From positions 29,818 to 93,817 of the IMG/VR virus record IMGVR_UViG_3300018481_000019: a stretch of DNA of 64,000 nucleotides; one strand, 5' to 3'. This stretch comes from a virus. A program made the translations under genes and the position numbers. Each line of letters begins with the position of its first letter. Position 1 is the stretch's first letter. Shown here piece after piece: positions 60,398-64,000 of the stretch. The notes below the pieces were generated by a model. That model had not been told where the DNA came from. It saw nothing but the letters and a program-made list of their open reading frames with translations, and did no database searches.

Positions 60398-61151
60398 TCT
60401 TTGGAACTCCCGGTGGAGCGTGGCGATCAGTGCATCCGGTGTCCGCTCTCGCGGGTGGCGTTGGCCTTCTCCCGACCGGGGGTTCTGTGTTGTATGTCGC
60501 GAACGAGCGCAGAAACGAAAGCGATTTCCGAAAGAAATTTCCACTACGCTCTCACCCATGCCGGTAGACACAGAACTGACCGAAATCAAGCTCGACCGAA
60601 TCCACGAAATCTTCATGGAAAACGGATTCAAAGGTGGGCCGGATGAAGCTCGCCGGATCGGGCAGGAGATTCTCGACGTGGTCGAAATGCTCGACTCTGA
60701 GGCGGACGAAGAGCAGTGAGTGAAGACACCATCCGGCAGATCGACAAGACGCTCGACGTGCTCTACAAGGTGGAGAGGATGATGCAGGCCGAAGCCGATA
60801 TGAATGCCACCAAGCATCTTGCCGATGTGGTGAGGCCGGTTCCTCTGGCGGCATTGGTGTCGTCGCTGATCGGTGATTTGGAAGCGTGGCGGGGGCGAGA
60901 AGAGCCAAGAGATGCAATTGGCACGCTTGGCAAAATTGCCAGGGGCGAGTTCACCGTGAAGTCCGAGTGAGGTCCGCCCAACTTGCGCTCGCCTACTTGG
61001 GCGGGGCGCTGCTTCTGCTCTCGACCATTCTCTTCACCACCAACGCTTCTGACACGGCGGTCACTTTTGCGGTTATCTTTGCAATAGCAGGATTGGTCGT
61101 CGTCGCTGCACTCGGGGCGATCATCATTTACGAAGCCCGAAGGACGGGAAC

Positions 61152-63716
61152 ATGACCACGCGGCAAGCGGAGCCGGTCACAGCGGAGCAAGTTCAGGAGC
61201 TTCCCCGAGATGTGTCACCGTATTTACAAGCCCTGGTACTCGCCTATCTTGCCTCCGGCGGTGAGGACTCAGAGCAGACCAACCGCCGAGCGGTCCTTTT
61301 CCGCAAGGCTCTTGCTGCCGCTGCCCTTGGCGCGTTCCTGTTCCGTGACCGGGACAAGGATGCCACCGTCGATATCGACTTCACCGAAACTGCCGAGCCT
61401 TTCACCGCCGCGGTGAAGGAATCGGTGAATGACTATCTAGCTCGGGACGATGAGGGTCGGGATTCAAAAACGGATTCCAAGTTTGCCGAATCGGTCGCCA
61501 GCACCCTTTCCACCGGCGCAGCCAATCGACTCACCCTGGAAGTTCTCAACCAACTCGACCCGGACGGCACCGCTTACAAAAAGCTGTGGCTAACTCGGGG
61601 CGACGAGAAGGTCCGTCTCTCACACCGGGAGCTTCATGGCCGCACTGCCAGCGTCGGGGAGCCTTTCAAAAAGGGGCTGAACTATCCCGGCGATCCCACC
61701 GCTCCGCTGGACGAGCGGATCAACTGCCGGTGCTTCCTTTTCGCAGTCCCGTCGGACAAGGACACCGAGACTGCCAACGCCTTTGAACCGGCTGATCTGA
61801 CCACCGCTTTCGCCGCCAGCGCCACCCTTCACGTCCTCACTGCCGGAGACACATTGCGGCGGCTGATAAATCTTGCGCCCTGGCTATGGCAACCGCGGGA
61901 TTCGATTGGTCGGTGGGTCGAAGTGGGCGACATTATGAATGCCCCTGGTTCGTCGGGAAAGGGCCGGGAGAACGGGCGAGTGGTCGAAGTCATTGGGAAG
62001 AACCGGGTTCGTTTGGAAAGTCTCCGCTTCCCCGGTCGCACATGGGACGTGGATTCTCGGGACACCGCACAGCAATTTTTCAAGGGGCGGCTCGGGATGG
62101 ACGACAGACCGACCTTGCCCCATCTTCAGCCGATTCCCACTCCCAAGGCCCGCGGTCTTCCGCCGGAGTTTGGGGAACTGACCCCGGAGATTCCAAATCG
62201 TCCGGTAGAGCGCGAGCTTCGCACGCCGGTCTATGGCCTGGATCAGCAAGTGGCGGGCGCTCCCATTTTTGAAAGCGATGAACTGACTCCCGGCAAGGTC
62301 GTGGTGGTGGAGTCCAAGTCCAAGCCGGGAACCTTCCGACACATGGTTGTGGACGAAGTCGGTGAGGACGGCAACACGGTTCTCTTGCTCTACCCGCCCG
62401 AGCCACGGCGCAAGTCGGCAGAGGCGACTTACCAGGGACCGCATGGGCAATTTGAATACAACCGGGTCTTCCAGTTGCAGTCTCCGTCGGCTCGCCAGGA
62501 AGTCTTTTTGAATGAAGGCGTGCTTTACGAACCGGCTGATCCTGACTTGGCGCAAGAGGTCACCGAGCGTATGGATATGGGCCGATACGGTTTTGCAAAT
62601 CCGTACTGGTTCAGTAGCACAGAAGACGCATTCAAACAGGGAGGCGCTCGCACGGACTGGAACCCAGAACGCAAGGAATTGCACGACAAGATAATTCAGG
62701 AGACTTTCGACGCGGCACTGGTCGCGGACGGGCCACCGATCTTCTACCTCATGGGTGGCGGGCCTGCATCGGGAAAGAGCACGATGCTGGAAGCCGAGTT
62801 GGTGCAAGTCCCGACCGGCAATGGCGCGATTCAAGTCAATGCCGACGACATCAAGTTTGAAATCCCTGAGTTCATCGGGTTACTGGAAGCCAATGAGAAG
62901 AACGCCGCTCAGTTCGTGCATGAAGAGTCCTCAGACATCTCGGGCCGGATGGTTCGGGAAGCCCCACTCGACAAGCACATCGTCATGGACGGGGTTGCTG
63001 ACAAGGGCGCGGGCGCGGTGCTCAGTCGATTGGAAACCGCTCGGAAGCGGAACATGAGGATCGTCGCCAACTACGCCACCCTCCCAACCGATATGGCGAT
63101 CCGGCTCGCTGACGAGCGTGGTGCTGTGACGGGTCGGTACGTTCCCCATCCCTTTATCGAAAAGACGCACGCCGATGTGGTCGATACCTTTTTCGATCTG
63201 GCGAAGGGCGGCGTGATCCATGAGATGTGGCTGTGGAACAATGAGATTTTCAGAGAGCCGCGACTGATCTTCAGTCAAGTGGACGGGGTTTCCAAGATTC
63301 ACGATGAAGCTCTGCTCTTGGAATTTCTGAACAAGAGCAAGACCAAGCGACACACGATGGAAAGCGTCGTCGCCATGACTGACAGTGGTTTCGCCTTCCC
63401 GCCCGCGCCGCCGTATCTGCCGCCGACGCCGACACCGCCGGGGGCGATTCTGCCGGAGGTATCCGGTGTAGCTGGTGAAGTGCCAGCGAGTTTGGCGGCG
63501 GCAGGATTGGAGGCCGTCGTGGAGGACGGGTATTGGAATCTGGACTACGACACGATGGAGCGAGCGGCAATCGAAGTCTCCGCCGAGATGCGCGGTTCGG
63601 TGGGTCCATCCCGGCTCCCCGACGATGATCCTCAGATCAACGCTTTCAAGGAAGCGCTGCGGGCTGAGTTCGCCGCCAACCCCGACCGGCAGTATTGGTT
63701 GCCGAACAATCCGTGA
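61152..63716 (+). CDS. MuF-like minor head protein fused to a zeta-toxin (PezT-like) kinase domain
   Basis: KKLWLTRGDEKVRLSH..LHG...F...L.YPGDP......INCRC (MuF); MGGGPASGKST (~62751-62783), VNADDIK, VHEES, IVMDG, R...TGRYVP (zeta). Confidence 0.85.
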   Translation: MTTRQAEPVTAEQVQELPRDVSPYLQALVLAYLASGGEDSEQTNRRAVLFRKALAAAALGAFLFRDRDKDATVDIDFTETAEPFTAAVKESVNDYLARDDEGRDSKTDSKFAESVASTLSTGAANRLTLEVLNQLDPDGTAYKKLWLTRGDEKVRLSHRELHGRTASVGEPFKKGLNYPGDPTAPLDERINCRCFLFAVPSDKDTETANAFEPADLTTAFAASATLHVLTAGDTLRRLINLAPWLWQPRDSIGRWVEVGDIMNAPGSSGKGRENGRVVEVIGKNRVRLESLRFPGRTWDVDSRDTAQQFFKGRLGMDDRPTLPHLQPIPTPKARGLPPEFGELTPEIPNRPVERELRTPVYGLDQQVAGAPIFESDELTPGKVVVVESKSKPGTFRHMVVDEVGEDGNTVLLLYPPEPRRKSAEATYQGPHGQFEYNRVFQLQSPSARQEVFLNEGVLYEPADPDLAQEVTERMDMGRYGFANPYWFSSTEDAFKQGGARTDWNPERKELHDKIIQETFDAALVADGPPIFYLMGGGPASGKSTMLEAELVQVPTGNGAIQVNADDIKFEIPEFIGLLEANEKNAAQFVHEESSDISGRMVREAPLDKHIVMDGVADKGAGAVLSRLETARKRNMRIVANYATLPTDMAIRLADERGAVTGRYVPHPFIEKTHADVVDTFFDLAKGGVIHEMWLWNNEIFREPRLIFSQVDGVSKIHDEALLLEFLNKSKTKRHTMESVVAMTDSGFAFPPAPPYLPPTPTPPGAILPEVSGVAGEVPASLAAAGLEAVVEDGYWNLDYDTMERAAIEVSAEMRGSVGPSRLPDDDPQINAFKEALRAEFAANPDRQYWLPNNP

Positions 63717-64000
63717 GCATCGCTGACACGGTCACTGAGGCTCCGCCCACTTTCAAAGAGTGGCTCGCCGCCTTTGACGATGGGTCCGGCGAAGTCCATG
63801 AGTTCTGGGAACTGGCTCGACTGCTCGACCCGGCTCCAAGTGAGTACGCATTCAAGGACTACGTCAAGCTGATCCCTGACAAAAAGCTAGACCTCTTCCT
63901 CCGAGCGGAGGCAGCATGGAAGACCGAAATGGCGGCACATTCCGCTACTCGGAAATCGCTCGGGCTAGAGACGGTTACACCGGAGCAGCACCTAGCCCGA
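63713..64000 (+). CDS. Partial ORF coupled to the MuF-zeta gene, runs off the window
   Basis: GTG overlaps TGA; open to the end: MSIADTVTEAPPTFKEWLAAFDDG... Confidence 0.5.
   Translation, partial: MSIADTVTEAPPTFKEWLAAFDDGSGEVHEFWELARLLDPAPSEYAFKDYVKLIPDKKLDLFLRAEAAWKTEMAAHSATRKSLGLETVTPEQHLAR

Noticed and set aside
61884-62834. 316-aa minus-strand ORF
   Set aside because: Antisense shadow of the MuF-zeta gene, no SD or motifs

Overview
The whole window is most of the genome of a tailed dsDNA phage (siphovirus-like, roughly 60% GC by eye). The host is probably an actinobacterium, judging from actinophage-type head and tail proteins, LexA-box-like sites and a sortase substrate. Layout: 1-8.4 kb (+) holds head proteins (prohead protease, a 985-aa polyvalent effector protein), endolysin and a secreted beta-helix protein. 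8.5-37 kb (-) holds early, replication and recombination genes (SSB, Sak4, Cas4-like nuclease, DnaN clamp, SLT, MoxR AAA + VWA pair, Fic, SNF2 helicase, RuvC, PolA). 37-45.5 kb (-) holds head-tail, tail tube, tail fibre and major capsid genes plus an LPxTG protein. 47.5-50 kb (-) is a primase-helicase. 50.6-52 kb is a non-coding control/origin-like region. 52-61 kb holds small accessory genes, and 61-64 kb (+) a MuF-zeta toxin fusion. No terminase, portal, tape measure, integrase, tRNA or CRISPR was recognised in the window. Main unexplained signals: (1) eight consecutive translationally coupled genes from at least three unrelated folds nearly all end in LxxxLL(P), and the same peptide (DLAGELLP) occurs in two head proteins; (2) a hidden 59-codon gene with its own Shine-Dalgarno (SD) site is overprinted inside the polyvalent effector gene right after a GNAT-like domain; (3) a repeated HPR-motif/SH3-like module precedes each effector block; (4) TTT[G/C]AAA is strongly over-represented genome-wide; (5) several intergenic regions are highly structured. 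All functional calls come from motif recognition by eye; no database searches were run.
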